Of a DNA stretch of 64,000 nt, positions 45,682 through 61,290 are shown in pieces; the stretch's first letter is position 1; each line of letters begins with the position of its first letter. The DNA comes from the human T2T-CHM13v2.0 reference genome, Homo sapiens, in the NCBI RefSeq assembly GCF_009914755.1, contig NC_060939.1; one strand, written 5' to 3'. A model generated the notes under the pieces. That model was not told the origin of the DNA, did not search any database, and saw only the letters and a program-made list of their open reading frames with translations. A program made the position numbers and the translations under genes.

Positions 45682-48600
45682 TAAGGAAATAGCTACCTAA
45701 GGTATCTTATTAAAACAAATGAACAAAAAGTTTCCCAAACTGTGTTCTAAGGAAATAGCTACCTATCTTATTAAAAAAAAACAAAAACAAAGTTTTATGC
45801 TCTAATAAGTTTGGGAAATGCTAGGTTAAACAAAGCTAAACATGATTCTTTCCAGTGGGACATCTGAGAGTCTTTAATTAGCTAACAGTGCATTGTGATT
45901 CTGCAAAGGAGGAACAATAATTCACTGTTTCCCAAACTTATCTGACCATAGAACATATTTCTCAGAGTATTTTTCAAGAGTAGTATTTTCTGTAATATAT
46001 GATGAAAAATAATCGTATCGGCCATCTTTGTACATAAGGTCAAAATGTCAGGCAGCCCTGAAATAAACGCAAGCCAAAAGGTAGAGAGATAAGTGAATAA
46101 AGCTGGCACACTGTCAGTCCGGAGTACCATGCTGCATTCTGAGTCAAGCTCCAGGAAACTGAGCTAGGGTTTGTCTCTAAGAAGAAAAACTGGAGCGTCC
46201 AAAGCTTCTGGATTCCATTTAATTAAAACCCTTTTAAATTAAATCCTTGTAACTGAAGAGTATCGGTGGATGAAGAAAAAATAGTCTCACATGTCTTCAT
46301 TTCCATCCTTGGCTCAGTACAGCTCCAGTTCCATTATTCTTAAACATCTATTAACATGATTGCTAAATAATTACACAGGCTAACTGCCAAGCATTTTTCA
46401 CAGGAAGCAAGGCACTGCTCTTCTGGCTTATGCAAAAGGGTCACTGTTTTTTTTTTTTTTTTAACTTTATCTTGTTTTGATTGAAGAAACATCTCTAAAA
46501 ATACCATCTGAGTGCAAGATAAAAAGGAAATAGCAATTCAAGGCACAAAGCTAAGCACATGCAACAATATAGATGATTTGGGGGTGGGACAGTACAGAAT
46601 TCAGAACTGATAGAAGTTATCAGCTCCATATTTCAGAAAGACCTAATGTCTTCCTTCTGCTTATACTGTTCTGACAGAATTTTAATTTTGGCAGAGATCA
46701 CTCTCGATGTTATGATGTACTGATTCAGAGGTCCCAAATCAGTAACCTGATCCTAGATAGATCCTCAAAGGTCAACTGCCACTAGGTGTCCCCTTCTTGA
46801 TCATTCTTCATGCTGCCTGGATTGGGGCATGGCTAAGCACTCAAGTCAAAGGATTAGTTGGCAATATCCTACATTGTCAACAAAGCTTTGAAGAAAAACA
46901 GAGACAGAAACTGGTATTTACTAAGTACCTAGGTGATAAATTATTTTCATAAACATTACCCTATAAAACAGACAACTCTCCTGTCCCAAATCCAAACAGA
47001 TCTTTTTCCTTTATTTACAGATAAAGAAAATGGGCTTAGAGAGGTTATAAAATTTGTCTAAGGTCTAACCAAATGCTGATAAGCAAATTAGGTACAACTC
47101 TGAGCCAGGTCTCGATGAGTCCAAAGTGTGTTTTATAATATCTTGCTGTCTCTTGATCATTACAAAATTTCATTTGTTTACAGGAGCACAAATGGCCTAT
47201 TTATGCCTTTTCTCTCAGCATCTAGCAAAACATCTCAACTTTTATTACACCAACTTTGGGAGTCTTGATGATGTTTAAATCTTCTCATTCATTTGCCTAA
47301 ATCAATAGAGCTATTTATCCTCAACTGTTGGCAATGAACTTTCTTAACTCAGAATTTTGAAAAAAAAAAAAAAAAAAGAAGAAGAAATTCTAAATACTTG
47401 AATTGCTTCATTTCATGCTCATTCTTTTGGGCATGGCTCTTTTTGGTTTTCTTTACAAAGAGATTCTAAAATCATGACACATTTAGATATGAAAAATAGG
47501 ATGGAGAGCAATGGGAACACTAATCTGAAATAGTCACATGGCTAGAGTACCTGTGTCTGTAGTAATCCCAAACTATATAGAAAACTCTTGAATTTATTAA
47601 GCAATCCCTCATGTGTGCTTGATTGAAAAAATAAACAAAGCAGTGCCGTAGAACTGTAGACTTGGATTCTACCCCCACTCTTCCATAGTTGCCACCCTGG
47701 TTAAGTCTCTCTGATTGTTTCCTCATTATTTAAAATAAGTACAGCTCTTAAATTCCTTCAAAAATTCCCAAGATTCTACAGTCAACTGCCACTCACTTGC
47801 CTTTCCAATGAATAAACCGTTTAAAAGAATTCAAATCCCACCACCTTTACCCTTTCTAAATTCTTTTGACAAGGACAAAGGACTTACCCATCCATCTTCC
47901 ACCTAAATTTGCTTTTTAGTGATAGAAAAACCAAGCAGCAAAGAAAAAAGTATGGTCACTCATCTAGGCAAGAGTGATGTACATTGCTTGGACAATAGTT
48001 AAGGAGAGAGCACTTAACAGCCAGCTTATTTTGGTTGCAGGTATCATACCTCATATCCCCTAAGGGAGAGAGAAAAATCAATCTTTTCCAGGAAAGATGG
48101 TAATACAGTAAAGCTTCTTTCCCTTGCTTGGCCTGATACCAAATATTTACAAATGAAAATAATTCTATGAGTGCGATTCCCCATACAGATGCCCACAGCA
48201 CCTGCTTTCAAAATCTTTTATCGGAGAAATTACATAACAGGCTATCTGGCTTGATCCTTACTCTGATAACAAATAGACCTGGGTTTCCTAGTATCGCGTC
48301 CTTGGTATTTCACTCCTCTCATCGTCTCATCACTTTCATTTCCCCTCATCACCTGACATTGACACAAATGTCCTGATGCAGTAGGATACATCATAAAATG
48401 AGAGTCTGTACCATATTCAACACAGCCTGGTAGAGCTGAGCAAACACTAGTCACTCAAAAATATAACTGACTTGACTTTCTGGGTTTAATTTCCCTATGA
48501 AGCAATCATTCCTTCAAAATGTCAGGACCAGAAGGATTTCAATGGTAGTGTGCAGTTCTTGCTTGTTTCTTCAAAGATTCCTTGGACATGGCCAGGCCCA

Positions 48601-48879
48601 TAGGTGGATGCACTAGAGGAGACATTCTGGGGTAAATGCTCCCCTCCCCTTTAGATACTCTAGCAGATGATCAAAATGGGAAATAGAGAACTAGTGGGCA
48701 ATTTTCCCCTCTACACATACATATAAACATTTCCTTTTTTTTTTTTTTTTTCCCAGTTCTGGGCACCATGCCCAGGGACCTTGTAAGCAGAGGTCCCTTG
48801 TCAGAAAACATTAGTCACATTCACTGGTAATTCTACATTATAGCCTCATTCATGTGAAGACAACACAGTAATCTTAGTA

Positions 48880-49050
48880 CAGTGCTTCTCAAACTACAAA
48901 GTGCCTGTGAATCACCTGGGGACTTTGTTGCAATGTAGATTTAGATTTAATAGGTTTGGAGCAGAGCCCAAACTTCTGCATTTCTATAAATAACAAACTT
49001 CAATACGATGTTGATGCTGTTGGTTCACAAATCATACTTGAGTAGCAAGG
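48880..49050. mobile_element. MER5A relic downstream of the AQR stop codon
   Basis: cagtgcttctcaaact...gaatcacctgggga...ttctgcatttct...gatgctgttggttc..ttgagtagca. Confidence 0.7.
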
Positions 49051-49727
49051 TCCCAGGTACCTCTGCCTTCCCATATTTGAACCACATTTTACCTGAAGGT
49101 CTCCTTGTGGCTGGTTATCCCAAGAAAAATAAGGCAGAAAACTCAGAATTTCTGCCATGGGAAAATTCTACCCTGCACACAGGAGTTAAGTTCTCTGACT
49201 CTCATTGCCCAGACTCAGGATCCTGCTTCTTGCCCAGATTGATTTGGCAGAGTCCTCCTATTTAGCTGATGACAAATCCTGGCTCAGCCTAACCAGCCTT
49301 GGCTGATGCCACTCTGCCAGCAACCCAAACATTAGTGGTGTGGAGAACCTCCTAAAATATAGATTCCTAGGCTCTAATCCTGAGATTCTGACTCATTCAG
49401 TCTGAGGTGTGCCTCAAGAATAAACAGACATCTTAGGTGATTCTAAGGCATTCTAAGATTTGAGAGAAGGAAATGCATGTAACCACTTTGATAGATTGAA
49501 GAAACCTGTATCTTACTGCTAATAATATCTTTACATAAAGACAGCAAACAAAGGTAAGAAAAAAGGAAACAGAATTTAAGCATTTGATAGTATAACAGAA
49601 GAAACAAGTTCCTTCCCAATTTGGACACTCAAGGGTATTCGTGGTTAAGTCCAGTATATTCTGTCCTCTTCTTTAGAGAAGTTCACTAAAAATGTGAAGT
49701 ATATATTATATATTCATAGAAAATGAT

Positions 49728-49733
49728 TTTAAT
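49728..49733 (-). terminator. AQR: Candidate proximal AQR polyadenylation signal (ATTAAA)
   Basis: TTTAAT on + = ATTAAA on -, ~265 nt after the stop codon, followed by U-rich sequence. Confidence 0.55.
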
Positions 49734-49995
49734 GTAGGTATGATTACAGACACACTCAGTGATCAAAACATGAAAGGAATGGTTATTTGCTCTTCTGATT
49801 GAACAAATGAAACTAGAATTGTTCATACACATAATTTAAAAAAATATATTCAAGACACCGAAATCAGTTAACAAATATAAGAACTAAACATTAATTAGTG
49901 ACAGTAAAATGGCAGAAGCAAATATAAAATACAAAAAACAGCTTTACTCAGACTTTTTGACTGCCATGTCCTCCTTTAGAAGGACTACAGTTTGG

Positions 49996-50310
49996 CTACT
50001 TGGTCTCTTCTGGGGCAGATGTGGCATCCTGAGGTGTGTTAGCTTCTGCCGGTGCAGATACAGCTCCTACCACAGTAGGGGTGGTCTCAGATAAAGCAGG
50101 GATGGCTTCTGGAGTGGAAGTGGCTCCTGTCTCACTGGGGGTGGTGTCAGTTTGAAAGGCTGGAGTTTCTTGACGGCAGCTGGTGTCTGTTGGACTGGGT
50201 ATGATGTCAGCTTGAACAGTCATGGCCTCTTCTTCTGTTTCCAATTCTGTTTCTTGATTTTGAACTTCCTCACCCTCTTCTACCATAGCAGGTGGTAGTT
50301 GTAATAAAGT
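49996..50310 (-). CDS. AQR: AQR terminal coding exon, [15 protein letters not shown]...APEETK* (acidic/Thr-Pro-rich tail)
   Basis: Acceptor tttttttaattag|ACT; 104 codons + TAG at 49996-49998; contains ORF 49996..50286. Confidence 0.96.
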
Positions 50311-50672
50311 CTAATTAAAAAAAAAAAAACAAAGACAATACCAATATGAAAAACAGCTTATAAAGCTAAGCTCTCACATTACCATTCTAGAGTTCTCCAA
50401 AACAGTGCTGACCATTTTATACTCCAGATGTAACACCTCTGATGACAATGGTCTAGGTTCTGCTAACACCAAGGAATATGCCTACACAGATGTCATATAC
50501 TGATAATCAAAATACATATAAAATCTTCAGAGAGGAAAACAACCATGAAAAGCTATTAGATTTTTAAGCAACATACTTTGCTGTCAACATTTCTGCAAAA
50601 AACAGTGACTGATCAGGACTGATTATAAAACTAACTCAAGAAAGGGTCAACTTTAATCAAAGAGCCCTGTGA

Positions 50673-50976
50673 GCTGGGTGCGGTGGCTCATGGTGGCATT
50701 CCCGGCACTTTGGGAGGCCAAGGCAGGCGGATCACTTGAGGCCAGGAGTTCGAGACTAGCCTGGCCAACATGGTGAAACCCCATCTCTACTAAAAAACAC
50801 AAAAATTAGCTGAGCGTGGTGGCAGGAGCCTGTAATCCCATCTACTCAGGATGCTGAGGCAGGAGAATCACTTGACCCTGTGAGTTGGAGGTTGCAGTGA
50901 GTTGAGATTGTGTCACTGCACTCCAGCCTGGGTGACAGAGAGAGATTCTGTCTCAAGAAAAAGAAAAAGAAAAGAA
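50673..50976 (+). mobile_element. Alu in the last AQR intron
   Basis: Dimer with (AAAAG)n tail; TSD AAAGAGCCCTGTGA at 50659-50672 and 50977-50990. Confidence 0.92.
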
Positions 50977-51167
50977 AAAGAGCCCTGTGAGAGGCAGAGA
51001 GGAGCCTGGCCTTAAGGCAAAGCCATGGGAGAAGGGAGCAGCAAGGAACAAGGTTTCTGTTCCGTTCAACCAGAAAACTGGAGCAACTCTATATGCTTAG
51101 CTTGCCCTTTGCCCCATGGCAGTCTAGTGACTTTCTCATCAGGGACTCTGCTTACAATGCTGGAAAT

Positions 51168-53100
<1,933 letters not shown>

Positions 53101-53244
53101 AATACGAATGTTACATAAATAATAATAGCCTGCTTTAGTTTAGCTGATTTCCCACAAGGAATTAGGTACTTTAAAGATTTATTCTGAAAAAAAGAAAATT
53201 ATTTCTACAGCAAGAAAAATAAAAGTCGATTTTGAGAAACTCAC

Positions 53245-53358
53245 CTGATGATAATGATGTGTAGTCTGTATCAAATGCATGTACATGTTGTATACAAAGT
53301 TTGCCATCTGGGGCATATTTTTTATTATTTGTACTTCATGAGATGGTCTCTCTCCATT
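53245..53358 (-). CDS. AQR: AQR penultimate exon (114 bp), [38 protein letters not shown]
   Basis: Acceptor ttttttccttcttctag|AAT, donor CAG|gtgagt; 38 codons, phase 0/0, open frame. Confidence 0.96.
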
Positions 53359-55718
53359 CTAGAAGAAGGAAAAAAGAACGTTAAGTATCTAGTAAAACAA
53401 CCCTAGAAGGTAACACTTCAACATAAACCCATTTCTTAATCTTATGAATAAGCACAATTAGGGTCTGGAAGACCTAACAGTAAGAGGACATAAAATGCAA
53501 GTGTGAAGAGTCCAATGAAGACTTCATGAATGTTAAAAAAAGACTTAAATAGAATTAATAAAAAGGGGGCCCAGGTCAGCACGCTCTGCCTGCTGGCCAC
53601 GTGACTCCCATTAAAAAAAAAAAAAGACTTCATGAAGAATAGTGATTCCATTGAAATTTAGAAAGGTTAGAGACTAGAAGAGCTAAGAGTTGCCAGCTTT
53701 TAATATAATTTTGGGCTGGTAAGTTAAGTATGGGTTTTAGTTTACTATCTAATATAAAAGAATTAGTACAAGATAAGTAATTATTTGACTAGAGAGAAAA
53801 GTCAACACAGTCTGAAACAGCAGTTTCTAAGACTGTGTATGCTCCAAAGACAGTTCTTAAGATAATTCAGAAAGAAAATATTAACACTCTTTGTCCTACT
53901 TATATTTTTCTAAAAAGTAAGAGGCTAACATTTACTTTTATTTAACACATATACTATGAGTCAAGAGGGTGAATATTCAAATGCTCTTTTTAAGATTTTG
54001 GTGTCTATCAGAATCATCTGGGGTAGACTGTTAAATTGCAGGTACCTAGGCTCCAGCCCTATAGATTCAGATTCAGAAGGTCTGGGTGGAATGAGCTGAT
54101 TCTTCTGTAGCTTCTGACAACAATCTAAGAAACACTGCTCTATAAGTGTAGGTAAGGTAGTAAAGCAAATCAAGAAAATACAGAATTTGCACTTCTTTTT
54201 AAACCACCCTAAAATAGAGATTAACAACTTTCCTATTTATAGTTATTAATAAAATGCTTATAAAGTCTTATCCTTTCTTATGATAGGAACAATTTAGAAA
54301 ATCATTAAGGTAAAAAACATACCCCAAAAAAGGAGGATTCAATCTCAAAGTGAAAAGTTATTTAAAGAGCATGAAGTTAGAAATAATTTAGTAAATTAAA
54401 CAACATTTCTCAGAAGTAAGCAGGATGGCAGCATTCCATCTAAGCAGGTATTCTTTTGATTAATGGTCATTTTCTGCAATGGTCAGAACTCGTATGTACA
54501 AATACGGCCATGCTATTATGACTAGGAACATGGAAGAGTTTTTGCTTGTTAGCTTATTTTCTGGAGTCTTGCCAAGAGCTGCCTTTCCTTGAGACACAGC
54601 ACTCTCCGCCCCTCACTATCTCTTGAGGAGAAGATGGGGAGATGTTCTCAGCCCTAACCTCCCCAGGGCCTTGAACTCATGAGTGTTATCTAAAGCATGG
54701 GTTTCCAAGCCTTCTGTTCAGTGATATTGTCTGACCTGCACTCCAGATTTCTTCAGGTGTGACATGTAGCCCTTACATAGAAAGCACGTGGGGAGCTTGT
54801 TACACATGATGACACCTAGGCTCTGTCCCAGACCTCTTGTCAGGAATGTGCCTGTTTACTAGCCCACAAAAGATCAAGAAACTCGGATATAATAGGATTG
54901 TGTCTAGACTTGAGCCTGACACTTGAGGCTTTATGTGACCCTACCACCCCATGATCTCTCTCCACCATTTTCCTATTTCTCCACAGCAGCATTTCTTCAA
55001 AAATAAGTAAATAAAAAGGCACTTTTTATAAAGTACTTATTATTATTAAACACACAAGATTTAAGTTTTTTTTTAGTAGGGGTGGAGGGAAGACGTATAC
55101 TGTGAACATCTAAAATAATGTTATTTAAAATCCAATGGACCCCCCTAGGACAATTCATTAAATGAAAAAGCAAAGCCCAAAAGTCTATAGTATAATAACC
55201 TGAAGGAAAATAATATAAAAGTAACATATCTCTTCTCCTTTATACAAAAGGAATATAAGGATAAACGTGAAACTAAAGAAACTGGTTACCTATGGAGGGA
55301 AGGTGCTAGGAAAAGGGGAGAAAGAAGGGGAGATAAGAGGGAGTAGTATTTCTCTATCTTTTCTTTAAATATATGTGCTCTCTCCTCCCTCATTTCCCCA
55401 GAATGTAAGCTTCTTAAGAACTCAACTATTTATTGCTCTATTTCCAAGTAAGTAGTTAAGTTCTCCTTACAAAGCTGAAGACAAACAGTACAGTATAATG
55501 ATAAATAACATGAACTCTGGGATGTTATTCGAAAAGACCTCCTGGCTTTTCAGATCTTGGATCCTCTATCTGCTAGATGCATGGCCAAACTACTTAGCTT
55601 CTCTGACCCTAAGTTTCTCCATTTGTAAAACGGGGTTAATAAAATAATCTAATAACCTAATAGGCTGTTTTTACTGAGATGAAAATGAGATAATGTATGT
55701 AAAGAACTGCCTGCCTAA

Positions 55719-55952
<234 letters not shown>

Positions 55953-56069
55953 TAAAACAGGGACTAAATTATCTATAATAATGTTCCAAGCTAATGTGGT
56001 CACCTATAAGAAAATCCCAATTTCCACTCTGAGGAATGCTGTTTTATAAAATGAAGAAAGAAGTCCTAC

Positions 56070-56244
56070 CTTTCTAGTAGTTGGGAAAGGTTCTGTTGGA
56101 ATTATATGCAAATGAAGGGGGCGAGCTGTGAGCTGACTGAAAGCTGGAGTCAGTTCAAAACAGTTTTGGAAGAGGGATACTCTGGCGAAGATATAAAGTC
56201 CAAGTCTGGCTCTAGACATGGCCACTACCAAGCGACGGACATCC
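56070..56244 (-). CDS. AQR: AQR coding exon (175 bp), (R)[58 protein letters not shown]; motif VI
   Basis: Acceptor ttgtttatttcccaaag|G, donor AAG|gtagga; 1 nt + 58 codons completes the phase-2 junction; [11 protein letters not shown] is UPF1-like motif VI; overlaps ORF 56004..56273. Confidence 0.97.
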
Positions 56245-58684
56245 CTTTGGGAAATAAACAAAATAATTAGCACACTTCAAGATTATTAACATTTAAGCAG
56301 CTTTTTTTTTTTTCACAGATTTCATTAGATAGTCCTGTTAAGCCCTGGCAATAAAAAGTTAAGCTTCTTAAAAACTTAATAGAAGTTAATCAATGTTACG
56401 TGACTAATAAACCAAGTAAAAGTTAAGGCTTTATTACTAACCTCTTGTTGGTTTTTTGAAGGGGAGGATCACAAAATAACCAATGCACTTATTAAAAAGG
56501 TCTAAGTAATATATTAGTATTACAGTAGAGTTCAATTGTCAGTTACTAACTTACTGTATCACTGTCATTGAGTCAATTCGAACTAGCTCTTCTTCCACTT
56601 CACCTACCAAAATCCCAGGCTCCATTAAGGTAAAATTTTACTTCCTAGATAACTCTTACCACACTGTTTTATACTTATTTACAATAATAAGTACATATGG
56701 AAATACAGTATGATGTTATAAAACAACACAAGTTGAGCATCCCTAATGTGAAAGTTCAAAATCTGAAACTTCAGATAAGGGACAGTCAGCCTATAACATG
56801 TTTTATCCATGTATTTATTCTAGTATTTAGATTCAATGCCTGGCCTATAATAGGTACTCAATGTTCATATCAACAGTGATAAAACGGTTAAACTGAATGA
56901 TCAAACTACACATGTAGCTGGCTATCTGATGAATGATGTCATTTTTCTTTAATTTATTTTTTTAAAAGAATCTAAGTTTTTTAAAAAAGGTTTGAATCAA
57001 ATAAATGTGAAGAGGGCTAATGTAATTTCACCTCACTATTAAATAAAATGTGTTTTAGTGAGAAAAAATAATTTTGGTTTCAAATGCAGAGGACAGATTT
57101 TTTACCTGAGATGTTTTTAGATGGCTATTTAAATTTTTGAGTACTCTGCAAAAGAGAAGACTTTCATGAAGAATAATAAAGCCTGGGAGAATCACCTCCA
57201 ATCTCTGAAAGAAAGTGTGAAGAGTGTTACAGAGATCTAATGTTACAGAGATTGTTCTCTGTAACATTCAGAGAGACAGAGAGAACCAGGAATTGGAATA
57301 TTTATCTAATAGCTTTTCTTTGTGTAATGCAAGGTATTTGGGGAGTATCTCTAATTCGGCCTCATTTTTTATGGTTTTTTTTATGGTCTAGTCTATGGTC
57401 TTAAAATCATCTAGTTTCCTTAAGGAGGTACAGTGTGACACCAGCATATGCTATCACTTATATTCTTGTGCTACGTGTATGTGTGTGAAGGGACAGAGCA
57501 GGGATAGGTACCCTTTCCCCAGCAACAAACAAAATTAAGACATGCTCATTTAGGTAGAAGGAAAGGACATACTCCTTTACAGAAACCTTGAGGAATCTCT
57601 ACATTTGTGACATACTGGATTCATGAAGGAAATATTATTTTCTAAGTTACTGTCAGCCAAATTATTATTTTCGCCACATTTCCTTAAAACCCCAAGGGGT
57701 TATGCTACAGTTGGGTGGTTCCAACACTGGTAACTGAAGGTACACTGCTAGAAATACCTAGCGTAAGTCCTCACACAAATATTATAAATAAAATTATAGT
57801 GGAATTTAATGTTGTTAGGAGGAAAAAGGGTTAGTGGTGGAAGCAGGTGATAAACTGTTGTTTTCATGGTGATCTCTTACATCCAGAAGGCCCTATCTCT
57901 AGACAGAGCAGCACAGATACAGCATTATTGCAATGACCACTGTATGGTCTCGGAGAAAACTTCTCCCCAGCCTTCAGTGCTATGGTGCAGTAAAGTGGCT
58001 TTTGTCAGTATGATCTCCGTTGTACATGAGGAGATTTGAACTACAAATTTTCTGCAGATTCAAATGTAGGTATCTTCCAAGGATATATTAATGAATCTGC
58101 CACTAGACCCTAAAGTCCACAAGGGCAGAGATCATGAATGTTAGATCTATTACTAAATATTAAGAATCTAGCACACTGACAAACAATGGATGGATCTGAA
58201 AATGTTTGTTAAATGAATGACCAAATACTACGAACATAACAAACTACCAGGCAAAAAAAACAAAGGATGGTAACATGAGTAGGCAGAGTTCCTTGGAGTT
58301 ATGTCTTGAAAGCAGGGCAATATGGGCTACAACATTCTTTCTTAGTCCCCAGAAGATGGCTGGAGAGGAAAAGCACTGTTAAACAACAACGCCAACACTC
58401 TGATAGAACCCCTATGAGGAAACAACAGAGGAAAGCTGCAGCCTCATTACTTGGCTCAGAACAGGTTACGTGCATTTCTATTGGTAGCTAGGCTGTCCAA
58501 ATCAGTTCGGTACAAGAACAATGAATGCTGGAAAAGGGACCAGAACTGTCCCACTACTCTGGCTACTAAACAGCTCCACATTGTCCTAAAACAGGCCTCT
58601 GGAACTGAAGCTGGCTCCAACCCAATCACCCAATTAGTCCACCCTGGCTGAAAAAAAGGTGTGAGCAAAAGAAATAAGGCAGGC

Positions 58685-59285
58685 ACTTGGAAAACAGTCT
58701 AACAGTTCCCTAAAATGCTAAATACAGAGTTACCATATGACCCAGAAATTCTACTCTTAGGTCTACATCCAAGTGAAAGAAAAACAAGTGTTCACATAAA
58801 AATTGTATATGCATATTCATAGCAGCATTATTCATTCTAATAGCCACAAAGTGGAAACAACCCAATGTCCAATTGATGAATGGATAAATAAAATGTGACA
58901 TAGCCACACAATGGAATACTATTCAGCAATGAAAAGGAATGAAGTACTGATACATTCGACAACAATGAACCTTGAACATATGTTAAGTGAGAGAAGCCAG
59001 TAACAAAAGACCACATATTATATGATTCCATTTATATTAAGTGTCCAAAATAGGCAAATCTACAGAGATAAAAAGTAAATTAGTGGTTGCCAAGGGTTTG
59101 GGGGAGTGGGGAGGGAAGTGATTGCTAAGTACAGGGTTTCCTGCTACAGTGATGAAAATGTTCTAAAATTGATTGTGGAGATAACTGCATAGCTGTTAAT
59201 ATACAAAAAAATCATTGAATTGTACACTTTAAATAGATAAATTGTATACGCAAATTACAACTCAATAATGTTATCAAAAAAATGA
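58685..59285 (+). mobile_element. L1MB-like 3' end
   Basis: agagttaccatatgacccagaaattctactc...aaagtggaaacaacccaatgtcc...ttgtacactttaaa. Confidence 0.85.
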
Positions 59286-60726
59286 AATATGGCAGGAAGT
59301 AGGTTTCCTTGGTATCCTGAAACAGAAATAGTTCCTTGCCTATATATAAAAGGAAGGATATGAAAGATTAGCTTTCTAAAAATCAGAAATTCTTATTAAA
59401 AGTTTGATAAAATTCTAGCTAAGATACCTAGGCTAAGCTACCTGGGTAACTGGAATCATAAATAATGAACTGACATATCCCTTCTATGCACAACCACCAC
59501 CAACACTATCCCCCATGAAGAAGTTGGAGTTTCAAAGGAAAATTTTGGCAAATACAAATAAATTTAAGTTATTGGGATAAAGGTATTTTTGCTAAAAAAT
59601 TTTGATGTTCAAGACAATACTGAAATCAGGTTTTCTTTTAACCCTTCATTTATAAGCATTGTATCATCAAAATCTTTCTTGTTTTCTAAGTTTACAGAAA
59701 AATTAGGCAAAGGGCAGCACAGAACTAAAGTCACTGGAATTTGAAGACCAAGTACCACAGAGTTAAGAAAAAAGGTAGGGAGAGGAGGGGGGCGGAAGGA
59801 GTATTCATATATTCATACTGTAAGTTTTTGAGATGTTAATTATATAAACCATAGTGACAGTCCATTCAGATGGCAGTTATAAATCTCAATGAGAAGAAGG
59901 AATTGCTTTTGTAAAAAGTTAAGTCTGTAAATATTGGCTTGACACTTAATATGCAAAAACAAACTTCTAGTATGCAAAACAATTTTTTAAAACATTACAT
60001 CTTTACTTACCTTTACATAAAAGTTATTAATCTCATGAAACCTGATCACTGGGTTAAGCTCCAAACAGATCTTAATGACAACATTATGAGAGCTTGGAGA
60101 ATTTTCTTTTTATTTCTAATCAATAAAGTAATAAAATAAACTCTCCTTAGTTTTGTTAGTATGTCATATGAGATGAAGGTTTATATAAAACTAAATGGAT
60201 GCTTTATAATAAGAAGATATTATTTCCGTAAATCTCTAGCACATAAATACATCATAATAAACGATAAAAGTAGATTGTTTGTTTTGACAATTCTTAATCC
60301 AGGGAGAACAAATGGCTCCTTTATCCTCTAACACTGAGGCTGAAAGATTGTGTATGAGAAAAAATGAGAAAACATATTATACAATGAAAATTTATTCTGA
60401 AGACTTTTTAGTTAATCTCCTTTAATTTCTGATATTAAGTTTCTAACAGATACAGGAGAGATTAAGATTTTATGATAAAACGCTATCTCTGAGGGTTACT
60501 AAAGGGTAAAACTTAAAATTACTAAAACATTTAAGAGTAAAAAAATCCAGCAGCAATGAGAATAGTTACAAGGAATTTGATGTTACATTCCAACAAAAAG
60601 CAGCAAAAGTTGCCTAGTAATTATAGTTTAAACTTAAAAAATATTTAGAACACTTAGCCACAGAATTTCAAAATTGAAGTAGATAGTAAAGTTCAATAAA
60701 TATTATGAAAGTTTTTTCCTACGTAC

Positions 60727-60812
60727 CTCAGATGGCCCACTGCCCTGGTTCGTACCAGAGAAAGAAGAATATAGTCATTCTGTTGACCTTGAAATCTATC
60801 AACAGTTGTCAC
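60727..60812 (-). CDS. AQR: AQR coding exon (86 bp), [28 protein letters not shown](R); SF1 helicase motif V (TVDxFQG)
   Basis: Acceptor ttttatttctag|GTG, donor GAG|gtacgt; 28 codons + 2 nt; TVDRFQG matches the UPF1-like helicase motif V. Confidence 0.97.
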
Positions 60813-61290
60813 CTAGAAATAAAAAATGGAAAATATGGTGCATTTGCAAAAGCCAAAAGACACTAGAGATCATTTAAATAATGTGCTAGGAACAAACATC
60901 TTATCCTTAATCAATCCCAAAAGAAACATAATCATAGGCTTGGAATTCCAAGAACAAGTTAATGAACATTATTAAAGAAACCATACTAATCAGATCAAAC
61001 TACATCCTTATGTTATTAACACTTACAGCACTTGTCTTTACCTTTGCTGATAACTAAATAACTATTTTTGGAATTAACAGTCTTCCCCCATTAGATTGCA
61101 AAACTTCATGAAAGCAGAGACTATGTCTAGCTTATTAACTGGTATCCCAGTTTGATGCTCAGCAATATAACTTAGTATGCTTATTTATTACTTAACGTAT
61201 CACTAGTAAATGTCTACAGCATTCCTCCATCAAAGAAAAAAACAAATAATCTTCATTGCACTTTCTGTTCAGTTTGAAAATATATGTACA

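Noticed and set aside
49909-50094. Plus-strand 61-aa ORF overlapping the AQR stop
   Set aside because: Antisense to the real exon, short, no independent support.
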